This document shows positions 8,295-17,319 of a stretch of 52,602 bases of DNA, in pieces. Within the stretch, counting starts at the first letter, position 1; each line of letters starts with the position of its first letter. A program made the translations under genes and the position numbers. The DNA comes from Dehalococcoidia bacterium (lineage in GTDB: Bacteria > Chloroflexota > Dehalococcoidia > Lucifugimonadales > JAGWBF01). The DNA lies in NCBI GenBank assembly GCA_021296025.1, contig JAGWBF010000001.1:9562-62163 (forward strand), read 5' to 3'. Below the pieces are notes generated by a model, which had not been told where the DNA came from, searched no databases, and saw only the letters and a program-made list of their open reading frames with translations.

Positions 8295-8612
8295 ATGAGC
8301 GAAGAGCAGGTGCGTTGGCCCAGGATCAAGGAGCTGCTGGATGGAATCATGGAGCGCTGGAAGGCCCGCTTCGGTGAGCGGATGCCGGGAATTCACGAGT
8401 ACTATTGGGACAGCCCTGAACACCTGGCCAACAGCAAACCCTACCGGCGCCAGCTCATCGAACCCGGAGTGCCGGGACGGGACACGAACCTTGTGCTGTT
8501 CCTTAGAACGGGCGAGCGCACCTTTCCACGAATGCCCCGAGGCGGACCCTACCTGAGTGACGAGGAGATCCAGGAAATCATCGACTGGATCGATGCAGGC
8601 ATGCCCGAGTAG
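8295..8612 (+). CDS. small hypothetical protein (105 aa, Cys-free) with a cytochrome-c-like C-terminal helix motif
   Basis: ATG 8295 is preceded by AAGGAGG at 5-nt spacing. The C-terminus is RMPRGGPYLSDEEIQEIIDWIDAGMPE. Confidence 0.6.
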   Translation: MSEEQVRWPRIKELLDGIMERWKARFGERMPGIHEYYWDSPEHLANSKPYRRQLIEPGVPGRDTNLVLFLRTGERTFPRMPRGGPYLSDEEIQEIIDWIDAGMPE

Positions 8613-8972
8613 CTAGCGGGTGTGCTCCACTTGGACGCTCCCGGAGATGGGACAGCCGGGGGTCGGCTTCTCAGGAAAGTCCCGGCATCTCTGGGGACGG
8701 TCCTTGTATATGCGGCACCTGAAGGTCTTAGGGTCCAGCATGGGGCATCGCTCTCCCTCATGGTCGGAGAACCGCACCCAAGCCCCGCCTCCATCTCTGC
8801 GAGTTAGCACCACCGTCGCCCCCAGGTCATCACTCCGCTCCTGAAAGGACCCGGCTTCTGCCTCTGACAGCGACAGTACCAGGGCACCCCTGCAGCACAT
8901 GGCGCGGCAGTAGTTCATGCATACATGGCTGGCGAATTCGGGGGTGATCCCCCCCTTCAACGATGGGGACAA
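8613..8972 (-). CDS. YkgJ-family cysteine-cluster (Zn/Fe-chelating) protein
   Basis: N-terminal Cys cluster CMNYCRAMCC and C-terminal CPMLD..FRCRIYKDRPQRCRDFP match the family pattern C.IY..RP..CR.FP. Confidence 0.6.
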   Translation of the reverse strand: MSPSLKGGITPEFASHVCMNYCRAMCCRGALVLSLSEAEAGSFQERSDDLGATVVLTRRDGGGAWVRFSDHEGERCPMLDPKTFRCRIYKDRPQRCRDFPEKPTPGCPISGSVQVEHTR

Positions 8973-8996
8973 GGTTGCCTCCAGGACCGGCGGATT

Positions 8997-10382
8997 CTAG
9001 GCGCTCCCGTTTACGATGAACAGGTCAACGATCTCTCCCGCATCTTCCACATCCTCCAACTTCCAGAGGACCTCCAATGCCCGGCGGGTCTGCCCATTGG
9101 TAAGCCGTTCACCAGCCAGGCCGGCAAACTTGGCTTCCAGCTCCGAGTCGTCGATAGGGTTGAGGGCATGGCCCTTGGGGAAGCCCGCGCCTTTGACCAG
9201 CCGCCTGCCGTCGGTGGACACGGCTTCTATCCTGCACTCCTGGGAACCGGGATAGCGGGCAGTGAAATCTGCATTCTCGGTGACGCGGATCTTCTGCATC
9301 AGCGGGCGAAGGGACGGGTCTCCGATCCTCTCAGGCAGGTAGGTGCTGGGAGTCACTGCGCCATCCCGCAGCGCAACCGCCACCAGGTAGGGAATGCTGT
9401 GGTCCGCTGTTTCCCGGGTCTGGGGGTCCCACTTCTCAGGCTCACTCCCGGCGCTCCGCCACGCTGCCTTGTAGGTATCGACGTTAATCTCGACGATGTC
9501 CTCCACCCCAACCTGCTTGCGCAGCTCCAAGGCAATGGAGATGGGGGCCTGGGTGTGAATCTGCGAAGGGAAGTACTTCAGGCTGGTATCGTCGATCATG
9601 AAAGGCGTTTCCCTACCACCGAAGGAACCCAGCTCGCGGGGTCCTCCGCCAACCTGCTCCCACAGCCCGTGCTGTCCCTCGATGGGGTCCGCCGGGCCTT
9701 CCATTCCTTCCCGGGCCAACTGGGCGGCAAATACGCCCGCCCGGACGGAAGCGGCAGTGGCGCACCCCTTCCACATCGACAGTTCACCCATCCTGGTCTG
9801 TACTAGGGGCATGTTAGGGACGATGGCCAGGGAGATGGCGTGGGCTGTCTGGCTATGGCTCATACCCATCAGGTTGCACGCCGCGCAAGCAGTGCCGATG
9901 ACAACGAGCGCTCCCTGGTCCCAGCCTAGCTCCGGCAGGGGCACTTCATCGGAGAACCTGCCACAGACCTCGTAGGCCAGCACAGCGGCCGCTATCGTCT
10001 GCTTTCCGCTGGCATGGCACATCTCTGCCACCGCCAGCACCCCGCCAAGCATGTCGCTGGGATGGCCGCCGCCCTTGGTAACGTAGGTGTCGTTGCAGTC
10101 CAGGTATCGCAGGGCAACGGAGTTGGCGAAGGCCGCCATCTCAACGGATGTCGGCTGCCCACTTCCGAGAATCCTTGCCGGCTGGGAGCTTGAGATGCCA
10201 GAGGCAAGTTTCCGGGCGATGGCAGCCGGCTCGCTGGAGTATCCTCCCGTGGCGCACCCCAGGGCATCGATAATCCTGCGTTTGGCCTGGTGCACCGTCT
10301 TGCCTGGGAGATCCTCAAAGGTTAAGAAGGAGCTGTACTCGCTGATGCGCTCGGTGGTCTTGTCCAAGGGGCATCTCCTCAC
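8997..10382 (-). CDS. MmgE/PrpD family protein (2-methylcitrate-dehydratase-like)
   Basis: 461 aa. The N-terminus (DLP...AKRRIIDALGCATGG) and overall length and architecture are typical of MmgE/PrpD. Confidence 0.85.
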   Translation of the reverse strand: MRRCPLDKTTERISEYSSFLTFEDLPGKTVHQAKRRIIDALGCATGGYSSEPAAIARKLASGISSSQPARILGSGQPTSVEMAAFANSVALRYLDCNDTYVTKGGGHPSDMLGGVLAVAEMCHASGKQTIAAAVLAYEVCGRFSDEVPLPELGWDQGALVVIGTACAACNLMGMSHSQTAHAISLAIVPNMPLVQTRMGELSMWKGCATAASVRAGVFAAQLAREGMEGPADPIEGQHGLWEQVGGGPRELGSFGGRETPFMIDDTSLKYFPSQIHTQAPISIALELRKQVGVEDIVEINVDTYKAAWRSAGSEPEKWDPQTRETADHSIPYLVAVALRDGAVTPSTYLPERIGDPSLRPLMQKIRVTENADFTARYPGSQECRIEAVSTDGRRLVKGAGFPKGHALNPIDDSELEAKFAGLAGERLTNGQTRRALEVLWKLEDVEDAGEIVDLFIVNGSA

Positions 10383-10437
10383 TGGGGATTGGGAATAGCT
10401 GTGACGCTATTACCGGGCCTTGGCGGGCCTAACCGGC

Positions 10438-11676
10438 TTAGCCTTTGTCCAGCAGTAACAGGGCGCTAAGCAGGGTGTTGGCGCCGTTGGCACAGTCCTG
10501 GGGCGGGGTGAACTCCTCGGGGGAGTGGCTTATACCATCCCTGCTGGGGACGAATATCATACCGGACTGGGTAATGGCAGCCATCGCTTGGGCATCGTGG
10601 CCCGCCCCGCTGGGCAGGGCATCGTGGGAGAGCCCCAGATCCGTTGATGCTTGGGCTATAACATCCTGAATACGGCCGTCGATGGGACAGGGGCTGCCCA
10701 TTTCTACTTCCGTAATACTGATCTCTACCCCAGACACATCGGCCACCTCGGCTGCTATGCTCCTGAAGCGTCGCTCCGCCTCCACCATGCGGGACATATC
10801 CACATCCCGGAACTCCATGCCCATGTCCACCTGGCCGGGGATGACGTTGAAGGTGTCCGAATGCACTTTCATCATGCCCACCGTGCCAGCACGGCAAATC
10901 TCCTCTTCGGTGACCACGGCGTTCACCGCAACGGTGAGCTTCGATGCAGCCAACAAGGCATCCTGCCGGGCGTCCATGGGTGTTGTGCCTGCATGATTGG
11001 CGAAACCCTTAACCGAGACCTCGTATACCGCCCTTCCGGTAATACCCGACACTATTCCCATGGGTATCCCGGAGCGGTAGAGAACAGGCCCTTGCTCGAT
11101 GTGCAGCTCCAGGTAGGCCTGCATCTCGCCGGGCTTGCGCACGCATTCGGCGATCCTGTCCAGATCGCCGCCGATAGCCCGGAGGTGCTCGGCCATCGTT
11201 ACTCCTTCGGGATCGACAGCGACGTAGTCGCCTTCTTCCCAAAGGCCGGCCATAGCCCTGCTGCCCAGGAGCCACCGATTGAACCGGGTCCCCTCTTCGT
11301 TGGTGAACACCAGGACTTCCAGCGGATGCTGGGTGTTAATATTCAGATCGCTGAGGGACTGGACCACCTCGATGGCCGCAAGGCTTCCCAGGGCCCCGTC
11401 GTACTTGCCGCCGTTGGGGACCGAATCGACGTGGGAGCCCAAAGCGATGGGAAGCAGGTCGGGATTGGCGCCGGGTCGTCGGCCAAGGATGTTGCCAGCA
11501 GGGTCAATGCTAACCTGCAGACCAGCCTGCTCCATCAGCCCCATGACGAAGGCGCGGCCCTGCACATCCTCGGGAGAAAAGGCGACCCGCTGCATTCCGG
11601 CGGGGCTGTCTCCTATGCGTCCGAGCTGCTCTAGCCTGGAGTTCAGACGCAATGCATTTACGCGGGCGTCGGACAT
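10438..11676 (-). CDS. M20-family Zn-dependent amidohydrolase (allantoate / N-carbamoyl-L-amino-acid / beta-ureidopropionase type)
   Basis: 412 aa. LGRIG....G..R.AFS.ED, AGNILGRRPG, GSHVDSVPNGGKYDG, LELHIEQGPVL, SGAGHDA. Confidence 0.85.
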   Translation of the reverse strand: MSDARVNALRLNSRLEQLGRIGDSPAGMQRVAFSPEDVQGRAFVMGLMEQAGLQVSIDPAGNILGRRPGANPDLLPIALGSHVDSVPNGGKYDGALGSLAAIEVVQSLSDLNINTQHPLEVLVFTNEEGTRFNRWLLGSRAMAGLWEEGDYVAVDPEGVTMAEHLRAIGGDLDRIAECVRKPGEMQAYLELHIEQGPVLYRSGIPMGIVSGITGRAVYEVSVKGFANHAGTTPMDARQDALLAASKLTVAVNAVVTEEEICRAGTVGMMKVHSDTFNVIPGQVDMGMEFRDVDMSRMVEAERRFRSIAAEVADVSGVEISITEVEMGSPCPIDGRIQDVIAQASTDLGLSHDALPSGAGHDAQAMAAITQSGMIFVPSRDGISHSPEEFTPPQDCANGANTLLSALLLLDKG

Positions 11677-11678
11677 TT

Positions 11679-12296
11679 CTAGTGCATGGGAGAGAAGGAT
11701 GCAGGTATGAGCAGCTTGTTCTCTGCCTTTATCTGGAACTCCCGCGTTGCTGGGGGCCAGTTGGGGTCCTTGGTTGACTCGGCCCTGATCCTGAGCCTGT
11801 CATCCAGGGAGTTGTAGGGCCACAGATGCACCCACTTGTTGAGGCTGCCCACATCCGAATAGAAGCATCCTGCGCAGGGGGAGTACTCCTCCCGGTAGGG
11901 CATGGCTGCTTCCCAGCGCTTAACAACCTCCTGCATTGTCCCTGCCCTGAAGGTGTAGGTGCGCATCTCGTAGAATCTGCCCAGGGCCTGGTCGCCCAGC
12001 GGTCGAGTGAAGGGCGCGGGTATCAGTATGTCCGAAGTCATGTCAACGATGCCATCCAGGTTCTTGGGAGGCCAGTTAGGGTCCTTGCCTGCTTCGGCAA
12101 CTATCCTTTCCCGCTCGGAAAGGCTTTCGTAAGGCCATATGTGGATGACCTGGTTCAGCGGCCCAAAGTCCGTGTGGAAGAAGGCCGCCAACTTGGAGTA
12201 CTTTTCTCTGTGAGGCAGGGATTCGGCGAAGCTCGCTTCGAACTCTGCCACCGCCCCGCCAGGCTTCATATTGTAGGTGCGCATCTCGTATATCAT
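11679..12296 (-). CDS. NIPSNAP family protein (two tandem NIPSNAP domains)
   Basis: MIYEMRTY... and a second YEMRTYTF... repeat. I prefer the internal ATG at 12296 over the ORF-track start at 12344. Confidence 0.8.
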   Translation of the reverse strand: MIYEMRTYNMKPGGAVAEFEASFAESLPHREKYSKLAAFFHTDFGPLNQVIHIWPYESLSERERIVAEAGKDPNWPPKNLDGIVDMTSDILIPAPFTRPLGDQALGRFYEMRTYTFRAGTMQEVVKRWEAAMPYREEYSPCAGCFYSDVGSLNKWVHLWPYNSLDDRLRIRAESTKDPNWPPATREFQIKAENKLLIPASFSPMH

Positions 12297-12529
12297 TTTC
12301 CTGTCCCTTCTACTCCCGTAGCACACAGCTTGGGAGTCGACCAATTCCTGGGAAATATGAGCCCCAAACAGGGGTCTGTGATGGCGCTATTCTACCCCTG
12401 CAGGTAGCGAGCCGCAACCTGCGAAATTAACCCGACGTCACCTACACACCCATGATTAATGACACCTATGGGATGTTCCTTGACATCATGCACGGGCGGG
12501 TATAGCCTTGCAAAAATAAGTGTTGTGAG

Positions 12530-13675
12530 GTGTTCAGGATGGGTGCACCCCAGTTCAAGGAACTCCGGCGGGCCTATGGTTTCGACGAAGTTGCCATCGT
12601 ACCGGGTGAGGTCACCATCAACCCGAGCATGGCATCCACCGACTTCAGCATCGGGGACCACACCTTCGACATTCCGGTAGTCGCTGCAGCTATGGATGCG
12701 GTGGTATCCCCAGGCTTTGCATCGGCTATGTACGAAGCCGGTGGTTTCGGCGTGCTAAACCTGGAAGGACTCTACACTCGATACCCTGACCCCTACTCTA
12801 TCTTGGAGGAGCTAACCTCTGCCCCCCAAGCCGAGGTAACCTCCGTGCTTCAGAAGGTGTACTCCGGCGAAGTAAGGGAAGACCTGATCGGCGACTGCGT
12901 ACGGCAGGTCAAGAAGTCTGGAGCGGTCTGCGCCGTTTCAGTGACTCCCCAGAACACCAAGCGCCTCTCCCCGATAGCAGTTGAGGCGGGGGCCGACTTC
13001 ATCGTGGTCCAGTCAACCGTCACAACGGCGAGGCATATGTCCCGGAGTTACCGGGGGCTGATCTTCTCCGAGCTGCGCAGCTACATCAAGGTTCCGGTCC
13101 TGGTGGGCAACTGCGTCACCTACGGCGCCAGCCTGGAGCTCATGGAAACGGGCATCGACGGAGTGCTGGTTGGTGTGGGGCCCGGCGCTGCATGTACAAC
13201 CAGAGAAGTTGTGGGAATGGGAGTGCCCCAGGTGTCCGCCACCTTGGAATGCGCCGCAGCCCGGGAGGAATACTTCAAGCGCACGGGGAAATACGTCACG
13301 GTCATTACCGACGGAGGCATACGAACGGGCGGAGACCTGTGCAAGTCCATCGCCTCCGGTGCTGACGCGGTGATGCTAGGGACTCCCTTTGCCCAAGCTG
13401 CCGAGGCTCCTGGGCGAGGGTACAACTGGGGCATGGCCAATCCCCATCCCGAGCTGCCCAGGGGAACCCGAATCAAGGTGGGGACCAAGGGAACCCTGGC
13501 TGATATCCTTTATGGCCCCACATCGGTGACCGACGGCACTCAGAACCTGGTTGGAGCCCTAAGGGTCGGCATGGGGATGTGCGGCGCTTACACCCTGCGG
13601 GACTTGCACAAGGCCGAAATGATCATTGCCCCGTCCATCAAGACCGAGGGCAAGTACTTCCAGAGCTTCAACTAA
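12530..13675 (+). CDS. guaB3: GuaB3-type IMP dehydrogenase family protein (no CBS insert)
   Basis: 381 aa. YGFDEVAIVPG..TI.P, FDIPVVAAAMDAVVSP, GVGPGAACTTREV.G.GVPQ, ITDGGIRTGGD. Confidence 0.75.
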   Translation: MFRMGAPQFKELRRAYGFDEVAIVPGEVTINPSMASTDFSIGDHTFDIPVVAAAMDAVVSPGFASAMYEAGGFGVLNLEGLYTRYPDPYSILEELTSAPQAEVTSVLQKVYSGEVREDLIGDCVRQVKKSGAVCAVSVTPQNTKRLSPIAVEAGADFIVVQSTVTTARHMSRSYRGLIFSELRSYIKVPVLVGNCVTYGASLELMETGIDGVLVGVGPGAACTTREVVGMGVPQVSATLECAAAREEYFKRTGKYVTVITDGGIRTGGDLCKSIASGADAVMLGTPFAQAAEAPGRGYNWGMANPHPELPRGTRIKVGTKGTLADILYGPTSVTDGTQNLVGALRVGMGMCGAYTLRDLHKAEMIIAPSIKTEGKYFQSFN

Positions 13676-13712
13676 CAGAAAATAACGCCTTTTCCTAGCT
13701 CAGGGCCGACGG

Positions 13713-14375
13713 CTATTTGCGTCGGCTGTCGAGCTGCTCCCATACTTGACTGGGCGCCACCCCGGAAGCGGAAAGCAGCACAAGGGTGTGGTACAGGAGA
13801 TCGGCAACCTCAGGCGCTATCTCCTCCGGCTTGGACTCGGCAGCGGCGATGGCTACCTCTCCCGCCTCCTCGATAACCTTCTGGGCGATCCGCCCGATTC
13901 CACCCTGGAACAGGCTAGTCGTGTAGCTGCCCTCGGGAAGTTCCAGTTTTCTCTCTTGGATCAGGGCATACAGCTCCTCGAGCACGCCAGATCCCGGATC
14001 CGAACGCCGGAAATCTTGAGGCGTCTCCTCCATGGGTGTGAAGAAGCAGGAAACGTTGCCGGTGTGGCAAATCGGACCATGGGGCTTCACCTTCAGCAGG
14101 ACCGTGTCCCCGTCGCAGTCCAGGAAAGCTTCCTCGACGTCGAGGAAGTTCCCCGACACCTCACCCTTGTGCCAAAGCTCCTCCCTGCTTCGGCTGTAAA
14201 ACCATGCTTGGCGTCCTTCCATGGTGCGTTTCAGCGAGCCGGGATTCATGTAGCCCAACATCAGCACCTGGCCGGTTTCTGCGTCCTGGGCGATTGCCGG
14301 TATCAAGCCCTTATCGTCCAACTTTGCTTCCAAGGCGACCCGTCCTTTACGGTGAGCAGCGGATGCTGCCCCCAA
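13713..14375 (-). CDS. hisIE: bifunctional phosphoribosyl-AMP cyclohydrolase / phosphoribosyl-ATP pyrophosphatase
   Basis: HisI part LIPAIAQD..TG.VLMLGYMN...W.YSRSR..LW.KG..SGN...DCDGD..L..V...GP.CHTG. HisE part LEELYALIQERK...SYT..LF. Confidence 0.9.
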   Translation of the reverse strand: MGAASAAHRKGRVALEAKLDDKGLIPAIAQDAETGQVLMLGYMNPGSLKRTMEGRQAWFYSRSREELWHKGEVSGNFLDVEEAFLDCDGDTVLLKVKPHGPICHTGNVSCFFTPMEETPQDFRRSDPGSGVLEELYALIQERKLELPEGSYTTSLFQGGIGRIAQKVIEEAGEVAIAAAESKPEEIAPEVADLLYHTLVLLSASGVAPSQVWEQLDSRRK

Positions 14376-14381
14376 GAATGC

Positions 14382-15098
14382 TCAGCGCAAACCATCCAGC
14401 ACATCTGCCAGCTGGTCCAGACTGGACAACACATAATCTGGCTGGGGACCAGCCAGGTCCAGAGGCGAGCCTGGGCGGTTGATCCAAGCAGCCCTCATCC
14501 CGACTCCTTTGCACCCCAGTACATCATCGTGAAGGCTGTCCCCAATGTACAGAGACTCCTCGGGTGCAACCCCCATCTTCTCCATGACAATGAGAAAGGG
14601 TGTGGGCAGGGGCTTATATGCCTGTACCTCTTCGGATGAGACTACCGCTTCAAAATGCCAAGCCTGGCGATCGAGGATTGGGTAGAGATAGTCGTTGTCG
14701 GCGTTGGAAAGCAGCCCTGTCCTGCAGCGCTGCTGAATTCCGGGCAGCGCCGACAAAGCATCAGGGTAGGGGGCCCGCTCACCCATATCCCGTATGGATG
14801 CCTTGGCGGCCGCCGACGCATCCCCCTGGATTCCCAGCTCTTCGAAGGCTCCTACGAAACAGTCCCTCCACGCCTCCTCGTAGGACTTGAAGGGAGGACT
14901 CTTTTCGGGTTCCTCCAGGTTGAGGCGCACCTTTCGGAACTGCATCTCCCGAGGCTTCCACTTATCGAACAGGGTCTGCCCAGAAACTTCCAGCCCTTGT
15001 TCAGCGGTTATGCGGCCGAACAACTCGACCCACAGGCCGCCGTTGTTCTCAGCCAGGGTCTCGTACATATCGAATATGACGGTAGTAATTCGCCCCAT
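14382..15098 (-). CDS. HAD-superfamily hydrolase, DxYxT (haloacid-dehalogenase-type) subfamily
   Basis: Motif I is FDMYETL (the second Asp is replaced by Tyr). Also SNAD and YKP...F......G..PEE.LYIGDS..DD. Confidence 0.75.
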   Translation of the reverse strand: MGRITTVIFDMYETLAENNGGLWVELFGRITAEQGLEVSGQTLFDKWKPREMQFRKVRLNLEEPEKSPPFKSYEEAWRDCFVGAFEELGIQGDASAAAKASIRDMGERAPYPDALSALPGIQQRCRTGLLSNADNDYLYPILDRQAWHFEAVVSSEEVQAYKPLPTPFLIVMEKMGVAPEESLYIGDSLHDDVLGCKGVGMRAAWINRPGSPLDLAGPQPDYVLSSLDQLADVLDGLR

Positions 15099-15144
15099 TA
15101 TCGTCCTTTGATTCTAGCGTTATGCCCGATGCGCGCCTGGGTGT

Positions 15145-15957
15145 TTACAGGCGCACAGGCACCCCCCGTTGGTTTAGGTACTCTTTAGCCTGCCCGATGG
15201 TGTAGGTGCCATAGTGAAATATGCTGGCCGCCAGGGCTGCGTCGGCACAGCCTTCGGTGAAGGCATCGTACATGTGCTCCAGCGTCCCGGCGCCCCCGCT
15301 GACGATCACTGGCACCGGCACCGCCTGCCCCACAGCCCTGGTCAGGTGCAGGTCATAGCCCGTCTGCTGGCCGTCGGCATCCATGCTGGTGAGCAGTATC
15401 TCCCCGGCCCCCATCTCCACCGCGCGAACAGCCCACTTCACAGCGTCAATGCCAGTTGGCGTGCGTCCGCCGCGGACATAGACCTCCCAGCCGGAGCCTT
15501 CATTAAGGCCCAGATCGGAGCCGTCCGACTGCCCATCAGATAGCCCGCCGGGGTCCACCCTCTTAGCATCGATGGCCAAGACGATGCACTGGCTTCCAAA
15601 GCGCCGGGCGCCTTCGGCCAAAAGCTCAGGGTCATTGAGCGCAGCGGTGTTCACCGAAACCTTGTCCGCTCCAGCCCTCAGAAGGCGCTGCACATCATCG
15701 GCGCTGCGTATTCCCCCGCCGACTGTGAGGGGGATGAACACCTCTTCGGAGACCTGCCTGACAACCTCTACCATAGTATCCCGTCCGTGGGCGCTGGCAG
15801 TTATGTCAAGGAAGACCAGCTCATCGCCTCCTTGTCGGTCGTAGAGAGCTGCCAGCTCCTTAGGGTCGCCTGCATCCTGCAGGTCAACAAAGCTGACCCC
15901 TTTGACCACGCGTCCGGCGTCCACGTCGAGACACGGTATGATTCTCTTGGTAAGCAT
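15145..15957 (-). CDS. hisF: imidazole glycerol phosphate synthase cyclase subunit
   Basis: [19 protein letters not shown]......GDP and the whole-length HisF pattern. Contains an acidic/Gly insertion of about 15-20 aa ([21 protein letters not shown]) relative to my memory of standard HisF. Confidence 0.95.
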   Translation of the reverse strand: MLTKRIIPCLDVDAGRVVKGVSFVDLQDAGDPKELAALYDRQGGDELVFLDITASAHGRDTMVEVVRQVSEEVFIPLTVGGGIRSADDVQRLLRAGADKVSVNTAALNDPELLAEGARRFGSQCIVLAIDAKRVDPGGLSDGQSDGSDLGLNEGSGWEVYVRGGRTPTGIDAVKWAVRAVEMGAGEILLTSMDADGQQTGYDLHLTRAVGQAVPVPVIVSGGAGTLEHMYDAFTEGCADAALAASIFHYGTYTIGQAKEYLNQRGVPVRL

Positions 15958-15978
15958 CGCTAAGGCGAGGGGACGGCC

Positions 15979-16563
15979 CTACAGGTTCTTAGCCATGGTC
16001 ATGTACTGCTGACCGTTCAGGTCCCGCCAGCCCTGATGCTGGAATCCCGCTTTGCGGCAAAGTCCCATCATCTCGTCGGGATCGATTCGGTGCTCCAGGG
16101 GTGGTCCTGATTCCGTCTCTTTCCTGAACCACTCCAGGATGGTGCACCATCCCTTTGGCTTGAGCAGCTGGCGCACCGCTTCCATGAACCCGACGCGGTC
16201 GGGAGGATGGTGGGTAACGAAGGCCAGGAACACACCATCAAGGGTGCCCTCGGCGACGGGGAACTCAGCCTCTTCGCAGAGCAAGACTTCCACGTTGCCA
16301 AGCTTGGCTTCCGCCACCCTTTCGCGCAAGGCCTCCAGCATCCCTTCCTCTATGTCCAAGGCATACAGCTTGCCATGGATCAGGTACTTGGCAATGGGTA
16401 TGGAGAAGAACCCAGGCCCACATCCGATATCCGCAACATGGTCAAAGGGTTCGATGGGCATCAAGTTGATAATGGTGAAGGGGTCGGTAAGCTCCGCCCG
16501 CTCTGGACGGAGCAGTCTCTGGATAAAGGCTTCGGTTTCGGGATATTGAAATCGTTCCGTCAA
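15979..16563 (-). CDS. class I SAM-dependent methyltransferase
   Basis: Motif I VADIGCGPGFF, acidic post-I residue (ALDIEE), 194 aa. Confidence 0.8.
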   Translation of the reverse strand: MTERFQYPETEAFIQRLLRPERAELTDPFTIINLMPIEPFDHVADIGCGPGFFSIPIAKYLIHGKLYALDIEEGMLEALRERVAEAKLGNVEVLLCEEAEFPVAEGTLDGVFLAFVTHHPPDRVGFMEAVRQLLKPKGWCTILEWFRKETESGPPLEHRIDPDEMMGLCRKAGFQHQGWRDLNGQQYMTMAKNL

Positions 16564-16596
16564 GGCATGGCTCCTATTAGCCTAGGCATCCCTTCC

Positions 16597-17319
16597 TTAG
16601 CGGGGCTTGGAAGCTTCGATCGCTGCTTCTAAGAGTATGTCTCCAGTGTACAACGCACGTCCCAATATAGCACCTTCCACGCCTATCCCGGAAAGCTCCT
16701 GGATGTCCTCCTCGGAGCTGATGCCCCCGGACGCCAATATGGCCATTGACGTGGCCTGGACAAGCTGCCGAAGGGACTCGAAATTAGGATGGGTCAGGGT
16801 GCCATCCCTGGAGATGTCGGTACACAGGAACCTGGGCACTCCGAGGGCACCCATGCTCTGTACCAGATCGACGGACAGCACGGAAGAGCCTTCCATCCAA
16901 CCCCTGGTGGCGACGTATCCATCCCGGGAGTCCACGGCCACCACAACCTGCTCTCCTCCATGGATGCGACACAGCTCTTCAACCAGGGCCGGGTCCTCTA
17001 TGGCAGCGGTGCCCAAAACCACCCGGGACACTCCCAGGCCCAGCAGTCTGTCGGCCGATTCCCGGCTCCTTACCCCTCCGCCAACCTGGACCGGGATGCG
17101 CAGGTTGGATACCAGGCTCCGTATCACATCGTAGTTGGTCTGCTCACCGGTGGCCGCGCCATCAAGGTCAACGATGTGCAAGCGCCCGGCCCCCTCAGCC
17201 TGCCATCTCTGGGCAACCTCCAGGGGATTGCTGGAAAACACGGTCTCTTGGGCAAAGTCTCCCTGGTAAAGACGCACACACCGCCCGGACTTCAGGTCCA
17301 GAGCCGGGATTACTTCCAT
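16597..17319 (-). CDS. hisA: 1-(5-phosphoribosyl)-5-[(5-phosphoribosylamino)methylideneamino]imidazole-4-carboxamide isomerase
   Basis: VIPALDLK.G.CVRL.QGD, LHIVDLDGA, VQVGGG.R. Overlaps the hisH stop by 10 nt. Confidence 0.9.
   Translation of the reverse strand: MEVIPALDLKSGRCVRLYQGDFAQETVFSSNPLEVAQRWQAEGAGRLHIVDLDGAATGEQTNYDVIRSLVSNLRIPVQVGGGVRSRESADRLLGLGVSRVVLGTAAIEDPALVEELCRIHGGEQVVVAVDSRDGYVATRGWMEGSSVLSVDLVQSMGALGVPRFLCTDISRDGTLTHPNFESLRQLVQATSMAILASGGISSEEDIQELSGIGVEGAILGRALYTGDILLEAAIEASKPR

Noticed and set aside
12392-12661. 89-aa minus-strand ORF in the NIPSNAP/guaB3 divergent region
   Set aside because: It overlaps the guaB3 start in antisense, has no RBS and has no recognisable motif.
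14382-15098. HAD hydrolase as the missing histidinol-phosphate phosphatase of the his operon
   Set aside because: Motif I is DxYxT, not DxDxT. HAD phosphatases need the second Asp as general acid/base. The motif fits the haloacid-dehalogenase-type subfamily instead.
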